This document shows positions 39,301-47,980 of a stretch of 64,000 nt of DNA, piece by piece; positions within the stretch are counted from its first letter, which is position 1, and each line of letters starts with the position of its first letter. Made by a program: the position numbers and the translations under genes. The notes below the pieces were generated by a model. The model ran no database searches, was not told the DNA's origin, and saw only the letters and a list, made by a program, of their open reading frames with translations. The stretch lies in assembly GCA_947588885.1 (NCBI GenBank), contig CANQAH010000001.1, positions 6,114-70,113 on the forward strand, in the 5' to 3' direction. Source of the stretch: an uncultured Clostridia bacterium. Lineage in GTDB: Bacteria; Bacillota; Clostridia; TANB77; CAG-508.

Positions 39301-39547
39301 AATTACCTCCATTAAATAATATAATAAATATAGCTATATTTGATATAAGAATACTATAAAAAAATTTTTTGAAAAAATAAATTAGAAACAAAAATAGTAT
39401 AGAAAATTTAAAGGCAAGAAAAGGAAAAATCATGTAAAATTCTGGAAAAAATATGAGAACAAAGAAATTGTTGCAAAAAATATATAGTGCACATAAAAAA
39501 TAAAAATAAAAGTTTTCTGTAAACTAAAAATGTATACTAATTAAAAC

Positions 39548-39984
39548 TGTGAATAACTATGTCGAAAAATATCGATGAAATAGGTTATTAACAAAGTTAT
39601 CCACATTATCCACAATGAACAAATGTGAATGGAAAATATTACAAATAGTTTACGTAAAAGATAAAGATGCTGAAATTACTAGTGTTTGAACGATATACTT
39701 CTGTAATGAGTGTTGAATTTTGTTTGAAATATCAACAGTTGCCCAAATTATCCACAGATCATTTTAAAGAATTATTTCAATACAAAACGAGATTGGTTGA
39801 ATAATTGGCCAAATATTGCAAGAAAAATATTGGTATGATAAAATTTAAATGCATATAATTTGTAGATTGAATTTATGTTCACGAATTGAATTGTAGAACT
39901 AGTTTTATTAGTTATTGTATGCAGTAGAGGATCAATTCGATTCTCTACTAAATTTTTTATTATGGTGAAAACAAATGTGGATAA
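39548..39984. promoter_or_regulatory. DnaA-box cluster: four perfect TTATCCACA boxes plus one 1-mismatch box
   Basis: TTATCCACA at 39597-39605 and 39606-39614 (abutting) and at 39748-39756. Reverse-complement TGTGGATAA at 39976-39984. TGTGAATAA at 39548-39556. The region 39434-39974 has no ORF of 60 aa or more. Confidence 0.7.
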
Positions 39985-40661
39985 GTTATTTTAAGCAAAT
40001 ACAAAACAAATATAGTATGGGGATAAGTACAAAAGAACCTTTAGTTATAAGACTTGATGGAAAAAATGTGACTAAAAATAAAGATATAGATTTATTTAAT
40101 AATTATAAAGGAAGTTTTGCAGAACAATTGGAAAGGACAGTAGAGTATTTTACTAGTAAGTATCATTGTTTAGCAATATTTGGTTCAGATGAAGTGAGTT
40201 TCGTTTTTACTAATCCAATGTCTGTAATTGAAGATTTGGATAAAGAAAAATATAATAGATCAAATGAGATAATAGCTTTATTTTCACAATATTTTTTCAA
40301 TTATTTTAATAATTTAAACAGAAATATGCTTATATTTTGGCATGGGAAATGTTTCTCAATTAATAATACAAAAGTAAACTCATATTTGAAATATAGATCA
40401 AGAATTATAAAAAATGTAATGACAACATATTTTTTAAAGAGAAAAAATGCTTATATTGGAGTTGAAAAATTAGAAGATAGAGAAGAAAGATGCAAACAAT
40501 TTCCTAAAGAATATGAAAGATTGAAAGATATTCAAAATGGAATTTTGTATTATGATGGCCAAAGAATAGATTTAGAAGAATTTTATAAAGGAAAAATTGT
40601 GAATATTAATAAAATTGATGATAATGCATTTGATGAGTTATTTAAATCACTTTTAGACTAA
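39975..40661 (+). CDS. Thg1-like protein (tRNA-His guanylyltransferase family, 3-prime to 5-prime polymerase; bacterial TLP)
   Basis: PLVIRLDGKNV and IFGSDEVSFVF match the two Thg1 catalytic-carboxylate motifs (vRlDGr.F and SDEiS). The start is uncertain: 39975 with a weak GGTGA RBS, or 40017. Confidence 0.55.
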   Translation: MWISYFKQIQNKYSMGISTKEPLVIRLDGKNVTKNKDIDLFNNYKGSFAEQLERTVEYFTSKYHCLAIFGSDEVSFVFTNPMSVIEDLDKEKYNRSNEIIALFSQYFFNYFNNLNRNMLIFWHGKCFSINNTKVNSYLKYRSRIIKNVMTTYFLKRKNAYIGVEKLEDREERCKQFPKEYERLKDIQNGILYYDGQRIDLEEFYKGKIVNINKIDDNAFDELFKSLLD

Positions 40662-40676
40662 AATTATTGAGAAAAT

Positions 40677-40705
40677 TTGACATTTACGCAAAAACATATT
40701 AAAAT
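40677..40705 (+). promoter_or_regulatory. Promoter of the glyQS T-box leader
   Basis: TTGACA-N17-TAAAAT. Confidence 0.6.
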
Positions 40706-40721
40706 AGTTACATATTTTATA

Positions 40722-40906
40722 TTGCGTTGATAAAGAGTGAATATATTTTACTTATCTACAGAGAGCTAGAGACGGTGGAAACTAGTGTTAAGAAATATAG
40801 GATGGAACTTTGGAGCAAATTTTTAATTAAGGTGGATTTTAAATCAATTAGGGTGGAACCGCGGAAGATAGAGCTTTCGTCCCTTGTGGGATGGAAGCTC
40901 TTTTTG
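40722..40906 (+). promoter_or_regulatory. T-box riboswitch leader, GGA (Gly) specifier
   Basis: Stem I starts ttgcgttgataaagagtg. Specifier GGA at 40804-40806 is followed by A-ctttggagcaa. T-box attaGGGTGGAACCGCGg (UGGA, fits a U73 discriminator). Terminator agagctttc...gaagctcttttt. Confidence 0.85.
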
Positions 40907-40929
40907 ATGTTAAAAAATCACTATTTTGC

Positions 40930-41000
40930 ACTGGTAAATTTTAATCAAGAATTCTTAATGAACATGTATAATTTTTAGAAATTTTGATAGCAATTTACTT
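40930..41000 (+). repeat. Degenerate solitary family A unit in the glyQS leader
   Basis: ggtaaattttaatcaagaat...attttgatagcaatttac parallels cgttaaattgcaatcaaaaat...attttgattgcaatttgcc. The loop core is decayed. Confidence 0.45.
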
Positions 41001-41075
41001 TAAATCTGATCTAATAAAAAACGTAGATAAAAAAGCTTTCATCTCCTAGCAAATAAGAAAAAGGAGGAAAACATT

Positions 41076-42458
41076 ATGGTAAAAAACATGGAAGACATTG
41101 TTAATCTTTGCAAAGCAAGAGGTTACATTTATGCAGGCTCTGAAATTTATGGAGGACTTGCAAATACTTGGGATTATGGACCTTTAGGTGTTGAATTAAA
41201 AAATAACATCAAAAATGCATGGAGAAAAAAATTTATACAAGAGAGAAATGATGCAGTGGGAATTGATTCTGCAATAATAATGAATCCTGAAACTTGGGTA
41301 GCAACTGGACATGTGGCTACTTTCGCAGATCCATTAATTGATTGTAAAGCTTGTAAAACTAGACACAGGGCAGACAAATTAATTGAAAATTGGGCACAAG
41401 AAAATGGAAAAGATATTTGTGCAGATGGTATGAGCAATGAAGCTTTAATTAAATACATTGATGATAATAATATTAATTGCCCAAATTGTGGAAAACATGA
41501 TTTTACTGGAATTAGACAATTTAATTTGATGTTTAAAACTTTTCAAGGAGTAACTGAAGATTCAACTTCAACAGTTTATTTAAGACCTGAAACTTGTCAA
41601 GGTATTTTTGTTAATTTTAAAAATATTATAAGAACATCAAGAAAAAAAGTTCCAATGGCTATTGGACAAATTGGCAAAGCTTTTAGAAATGAAATTACTC
41701 CAGGAAATTTTATATTTAGAACAAGAGAATTTGAACAGATGGAATATGAATTTTTCTGTCAACCAGGAACTGATTTAGAATGGTTTGAATACTGGGAAAA
41801 ATATTGTAGAGATTTCTTATTAAATTTAGGAATGGAAGAAGATAATATTAGATATAGAAAACATGCTAAAGAGGAACTTGTGTTTTATAGTAAGGCAACA
41901 ACAGATATTGAATTTTTATATCCATTTGGATGGGGTGAATTATGGGGAATTGCTGATAGAACTGATTATGATTTATCAAGACATCAAGAACATTCAAAAG
42001 AAGATATGTCATATTTAGATCCTGAAACTAATGAAAAATATATTCCTTATGTAATTGAACCATCTGTTGGTGTTGATAGACTAGCATTAGCTTTCTTATG
42101 CAATGGCTATGAAGAACAAGAATTAGGTGAAGGAGATTCGAGATTAGTATTACATTTACATCCTGCTATAGCACCATATAAAGTTGCAATTTTACCTTTA
42201 TCTAAAAAATTAAGTGACAAGTCACAAGAGGTATATAACAGACTTTCAAAATCATTTATGTGTGATTATGATGAAGCAGGAAGTATTGGAAAGAGATATA
42301 GAAGAGAAGATGAAATTGGTACACCATATTGTGTAACAGTTGATTTTGATACATTAGAAGATGAATCAGTGACTATAAGAGATAGAGATACTATGGAACA
42401 AGTTAGAGTCAAAATTGATGAGTTAGAAGATTGGCTTAACGAAAAAATAAAATTTTAG
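41076..42458 (+). CDS. glyQS: Glycine--tRNA ligase (dimeric alpha2 type)
   Basis: 460 aa. [46 protein letters not shown] and EPSVGVDR motifs. AGGAGG RBS. Confidence 0.95.
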   Translation: MVKNMEDIVNLCKARGYIYAGSEIYGGLANTWDYGPLGVELKNNIKNAWRKKFIQERNDAVGIDSAIIMNPETWVATGHVATFADPLIDCKACKTRHRADKLIENWAQENGKDICADGMSNEALIKYIDDNNINCPNCGKHDFTGIRQFNLMFKTFQGVTEDSTSTVYLRPETCQGIFVNFKNIIRTSRKKVPMAIGQIGKAFRNEITPGNFIFRTREFEQMEYEFFCQPGTDLEWFEYWEKYCRDFLLNLGMEEDNIRYRKHAKEELVFYSKATTDIEFLYPFGWGELWGIADRTDYDLSRHQEHSKEDMSYLDPETNEKYIPYVIEPSVGVDRLALAFLCNGYEEQELGEGDSRLVLHLHPAIAPYKVAILPLSKKLSDKSQEVYNRLSKSFMCDYDEAGSIGKRYRREDEIGTPYCVTVDFDTLEDESVTIRDRDTMEQVRVKIDELEDWLNEKIKF

Positions 42459-42475
42459 AAATAAGTAAAAAGTTA

Positions 42476-42512
42476 GCGCCGTGCAGTTGGAAGTCTGCAC
42501 GGCGTTAATTTT
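42476..42512. terminator. Bidirectional terminator between glyQS and the small minus-strand ORF
   Basis: gcgccgtgcag-ttggaagt-ctgcacggcg followed by ttaattttt. Confidence 0.8.
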
Positions 42513-42543
42513 TAGGCTACATTTCAGCCTTTGATGATACAAC

Positions 42544-42726
42544 CTATTTATGAGAATCGATCATTTTGGAGATGAATTCATCCATATCAAAAGGATAACT
42601 GCCAAAATATCTTTCCTCTGAATTAGGCTGCTGGTCTACTTTGTTCCGATTGAATATGCAATTTTTACAAGCCTCTGAATGACCACATTCTGTATCCTCA
42701 TGCTGATATTTCTGATCGGTAAACAT
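42544..42726 (-). CDS. Small (60 aa) GC-rich hypothetical protein with a C-x5-C-x2-C cluster
   Basis: Strong AAGGAGG RBS in the same tttataaggagg context as cassettes A and B. Upstream TTGAAT-N17-TATACT. GC visibly above the surroundings. Confidence 0.5.
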   Translation of the reverse strand: MFTDQKYQHEDTECGHSEACKNCIFNRNKVDQQPNSEERYFGSYPFDMDEFISKMIDSHK

Positions 42727-42969
42727 TGTAGTACCTCCTTATAAATTAGTGTTATATAAGTATAACATAAATTTACATAATATTCAAATAGGAATTCTTT
42801 GAAAAAATATAAAGTAAAATTTGATAAAAAAATGTAAATAAAAAGAAATAAATTATAGAATCCCAATATTTCAATATGAAAAGGTTAAGAAAGAAAATAG
42901 ATAATTGAAAATAAATTTTATTATTATTACAATAAAATTGTAAAATTTTGTATTTAATATAGGTGTAAT

Positions 42970-44496
42970 ATGAAAAGAATAGTAAGAATATTTATATTTA
43001 TGTTAATTTTTATCTATGCATTTGTATTTTCTACAGTAAGTGCAGCAACTCCTAAAATGCAAGTTGTAAAAAAGATAGCATCAACAAATTTGAAAGATGG
43101 ATATGGCAAAATTACAAAAGAAATAACCTCATCAAATGAAACAACTGGTGAAATCAATATAAAAGTTACTATAGATAATACGAAAAAAAGTAGTGAACAA
43201 GAAAAAAGATATGAAAATACAGAAATTTTTTTAATTGTTCCAGAAGAAATAGTTTGTGAAAATGGTAATTTAAATGAGTATACTTCATATATTGAAACAT
43301 TGACTAAAAAGATATTAGAAAGAAATAGCAAAGTTAAAATTGGTGTTATTGGCTTACAAGGAAGATTATCTGATTCAAAAATTGTAGATGGAAAACGTAT
43401 AAAAGGAGAAAAGGATGAAGGAGATAAAGTTGGAACAGAAAATGATTCAGAAGTAGTAATTTCTCCAACAGATAATGTAGAGAGTCTAATATCAGCAATA
43501 AAAAATATGAATGGAGAAAAGAAAAGATATTATTATAATTTAGAAGCAGCGTTGAAAATTGCTGCAAATAGTTATTCTGACAATGTAAACAAAATACTTA
43601 TTTCACTTTATGATAATGTTCCTAAAATTGCTGTTGGAGTTAAATCAGAAGTAACGGTTTCTCAATATCAAACTACTGAAGAAGTTGTTATAGCAAAGCA
43701 TGAGAAAATAGTAAAGCAAACTAAAAGTGCAATGCTAGCATTAAAAGATAAAAATATTAGTTTTATATTATTAAGACCTGCTGATACTAGTTTCGATCAA
43801 AAATGGTATAAGGTAGATACAGGGGAATTAGTACTAGAATTTGATGGTAGTCCATATGTTAAAGATCTTTATGGAACATTAGAAAATCCTACTTATGGAA
43901 AAATGTATAGTTTATCAAATGATACTTTAGAAACGGTAATTACTGAAAATATTTATGAGGATATAATTGAAGAAGTTGGTACTGAAATTACGGATGTAGT
44001 AGTAAAGGATTATTTTTTGGATATTATAAAAGATAATGCAACAATTACCCTATCGTCAAATAACAAAGATGCAGTAATAAATGAAGATAAATCGATTACG
44101 GCAAATTTAGGAAATATAGAAGGAAATTCTAAAAAAACACTGGAATATACAATAAAATTAAATGATATAAATGATCCTAATTTACTAGACAAAGAAATTT
44201 TAACAAATGAAAAAATTGAAGTTACATATAAAGAAAATCAACAAGAGAAAAAAGTGCTTTTAGAAGATAGTCCATCTGTAAAAATATCGGCAGAAGAAGT
44301 AAAACCAAGTGCTAGTCCTAAAAACGATAATGGAGATGATAAAGGAAGTGATACTAAAAAAGAAGTAGATAATACGGTATCACCTGAAAAATTACCATAT
44401 GCAGGAAAAAATGAAGTTATAATTATGATTGTATTTACTGCAGGAATTGGAATTATATTTTGGACAAAACTTATTAAAATAAGAGATGTAAAATAA
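42970..44496 (+). CDS. Cell-surface protein with a C-terminal LPxAG-type sorting signal
   Basis: Signal peptide. The C-terminus has LPYAG, a hydrophobic stretch VIIMIVFTAGIGIIFW and a basic tail KLIKIRDVK. The central region may be a degenerate vWA-like fold (no clear MIDAS motif). Confidence 0.55.
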   Translation: MKRIVRIFIFMLIFIYAFVFSTVSAATPKMQVVKKIASTNLKDGYGKITKEITSSNETTGEINIKVTIDNTKKSSEQEKRYENTEIFLIVPEEIVCENGNLNEYTSYIETLTKKILERNSKVKIGVIGLQGRLSDSKIVDGKRIKGEKDEGDKVGTENDSEVVISPTDNVESLISAIKNMNGEKKRYYYNLEAALKIAANSYSDNVNKILISLYDNVPKIAVGVKSEVTVSQYQTTEEVVIAKHEKIVKQTKSAMLALKDKNISFILLRPADTSFDQKWYKVDTGELVLEFDGSPYVKDLYGTLENPTYGKMYSLSNDTLETVITENIYEDIIEEVGTEITDVVVKDYFLDIIKDNATITLSSNNKDAVINEDKSITANLGNIEGNSKKTLEYTIKLNDINDPNLLDKEILTNEKIEVTYKENQQEKKVLLEDSPSVKISAEEVKPSASPKNDNGDDKGSDTKKEVDNTVSPEKLPYAGKNEVIIMIVFTAGIGIIFWTKLIKIRDVK

Positions 44497-44500
44497 TAAA

Positions 44501-44544
44501 AATAAACCCGTTTTACCTTTTTGATAAAACGGGTTTATTTTTGT
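44501..44544 (+). terminator. Intrinsic terminator
   Basis: aaataaacccgtttta-ccttttt-gataaaacgggtttattt followed by ttg. Confidence 0.8.
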
Positions 44545-44699
44545 TATTATGAGTAATAATTAATATGGCATATAATAAAATAGAATTGCCTAAAGTTTAG
44601 GTATTTCTTTTATATAATTTACTTGTAAAATTGGCTTAAATACAGTATAATTAACAATAGTTTTAATGAGAGAGTATAATAAAATTAAGGAGAAGATTT

Positions 44700-45710
44700 A
44701 TGGAAAAGAAAATAATGTTAACAGGTGATAGACCTACAGGAAGATTACATATTGGTCATTATTTTGGATCTTTAAAAAATAGAGTTAAAATGCAGGATGA
44801 AGTTGATGAATGCTATATTTTAGTAGCGGATGTTCAGGCTTTAACAGATAATTTTAATAATCCAGAAAAAGTAAGAAAGAATGTAAGAGAAGTTGTTATA
44901 GATTATTTATCTGTTGGAATTGATCCAGAAAAAGTAACAATTTATATTCAGTCAATGATTCCAGAAGTTGCGGAACTTACTGTATTTTATTCAAATTTAG
45001 TTACTATAGCTAGATTAGAAAGAAACCCAACAGTTAAAACTGAGATTGCTCAGAAAAAAGAATTATTTGGTGAAAGTGTAACTTATGGATTTTTAGGCTA
45101 TCCAGTGAGCCAAGCAGCTGACATTACTGCTTTTGATGCAACAATAGTTCCAGTTGGAGAAGATCAGCAACCATTAATTGAACAATGTAGAGAAATAGTT
45201 CGTAAGTTTAATAGTATATATGGAGAAGTTTTAAGAGAACCAGAAGCATATTTATCTGAAACAAAGAGAATAAAAGGTTTAGATGGAAATGAAAAGATGG
45301 GAAAATCTCTAGGAAATGCAATTTACTTATCTGATTCAGAAGAAGAAATAAATAAAAAAGTTATGAGTGCAGTAACAGATCCATCAAGAATAAAAAAAGA
45401 TGATAAAGGGAATCCTGATATATGTATGGTTGCATATTATCATAATTTGTTTAGTACAAAAGAAGAATGTGAAAATGTTTGTGCTGAATGCAAAGCAGGA
45501 ACTAGAGGTTGTGTTGCATGTAAGAAACAATTAGCTAAAAATATTGCAGATACTTTAAAACCTATGAGAGAAAAAAGAGCTTATTATGAGGCTCATCCGG
45601 AATTAGTTGATGAGATTTTAATTAAGGGGACAGAGAAGGCTAGGAAAAAAGCCAAGGAAGTTATGGCGAAGGTGAAGAAGGCTATGAAGCTTGACTACTT
45701 CGACCAATAA
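44700..45710 (+). CDS. trpS: Tryptophan--tRNA ligase
   Basis: TGDRPTGRLHIGHY (HIGH) and KMGKS (KMSKS). 336 aa. No T-box leader seen upstream. Confidence 0.95.
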   Translation: MEKKIMLTGDRPTGRLHIGHYFGSLKNRVKMQDEVDECYILVADVQALTDNFNNPEKVRKNVREVVIDYLSVGIDPEKVTIYIQSMIPEVAELTVFYSNLVTIARLERNPTVKTEIAQKKELFGESVTYGFLGYPVSQAADITAFDATIVPVGEDQQPLIEQCREIVRKFNSIYGEVLREPEAYLSETKRIKGLDGNEKMGKSLGNAIYLSDSEEEINKKVMSAVTDPSRIKKDDKGNPDICMVAYYHNLFSTKEECENVCAECKAGTRGCVACKKQLAKNIADTLKPMREKRAYYEAHPELVDEILIKGTEKARKKAKEVMAKVKKAMKLDYFDQ

Positions 45711-45715
45711 ATTCC

Positions 45716-46220
45716 TTCGAAAAATAAACTTCGTCTTACGTCGTTAAAATTTAATTTTGAAATCCTCATGTATCTATATACACTCCGGTGTTCAAAATTA
45801 AATTTTGCCTAGTAATACTCGTTTCTTTTCCGAAGTTAAAAATATGAAAAATAAACTTCGTATTGCAGTGTTAAAAATAAATTTTAAATTTACATGTATC
45901 TATATACACTCCGGTGTTCAAAATTAAATTTTGCCTAGTAATACTCGTTTCTTTTTCGAAGTTAAAAAATATGAGAAATAAACTTTGTATTGCAGTGCTA
46001 AAAATGAATTTTGAATTTATATGTATCTACATACACTCCGGTGTTCAAAATTAAATTTTGCCTAGTAATACTCGTTTCTTTTCCGAAGTTAAAAAATATG
46101 AGAAATAAACTTTGTATTGCAGTGCTAAAAATGAATTTTGAATTTATATGTATCTACATACATTCCGGTGTTCAAAATTAAATTTTGCCTAGTAATACTT
46201 GTTTCTTTTCCGAAGCTTCG
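45716..46220 (+). repeat. Family A long-hairpin tandem array (4 units, ~126-129 bp spacing)
   Basis: Units start at 45716, 45845, 45971 and 46098. Inner stem aaatttaattttgaa / ttcaaaattaaattt. Core cctcatgtatctatatacactccggtg. Then tttgcctagtaatactcgtttcttttccgaag. Confidence 0.92.
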
Positions 46221-46274
46221 AAGCTACTAGAAGATTAGAAAAGAAAATAGGTATAAAATAGATTTATAAAATAG

Positions 46275-47567
<1,293 letters not shown>

Positions 47568-47633
47568 TTAAATCAAAATGTATAATATTAAATGTGACTT
47601 ATTTGAAAATATACCAAATTTGGTGATTAAAAT

Positions 47634-47980
47634 AAAAACGCGGACTTAAAAAGATTTTAAGTTCGCGTTTTTGTTATATTATAGGAAAGTTCTCCGAATT
47701 TCCTATAATATAAAGGCTTCGCCAAACTTGTACACAAATTTTTTAACAAAAATTTGGCACATAGAACAAAGACGCGGACTTTAAAATGTTATAAATAGTG
47801 AAAATGTTAATAATGTCCGCTTTTGTTATATTATAGGAAAGTTCTCCGAATTTCCTATAATATAAAGGCTTCGCCAAACTTGCACACAAATTTTTTAACA
47901 AAAATTTGGCACATAGAACAAAGACGCGGACTTTAAAATGTTATAAATAGTGAAAATGCTAATAATGTCCGCTTTTGTTC
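47634..47980 (+). repeat. Family B repeats: a short M3-like hairpin plus two nearly identical complete tandem copies
   Basis: The units at 47673-47826 and 47826-47980 are almost identical. Each has M1 tatattataggaaagttctccgaatttcctataatata, M2 acacaaattttttaacaaaaatttggc, M3 gaacaaagacgcggac...gtccgcttttgtt. Confidence 0.92.

Noticed and set aside
39179-39433. 84-aa minus-strand ORF overlapping the 5-prime end of the PepSY-like gene
   Set aside because: It is out of frame with the well-supported gene, has a low-complexity F/I/L-rich translation, and no RBS.
39615-39803. Two short ORFs in the ORF-free gap (24 aa from 39615 and 32 aa from 39706), possibly a frameshifted gene relic
   Set aside because: They are in different frames, have no RBS, are very short and have no recognisable motif. 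This cannot be supported from the sequence alone.
39434-39984. Calling the DnaA-box cluster the chromosomal origin oriC
   Set aside because: There is no dnaA, dnaN or rpmH nearby. There is no clear switch of gene-strand bias across the site, since + strand genes dominate on both sides. I cannot compute GC skew here. It is kept as a DnaA-box cluster of unknown role.
40727-40978. 83-aa ORF upstream of glyQS
   Set aside because: It lies entirely within the Gly T-box leader and its terminator, so this is a non-coding regulatory RNA.
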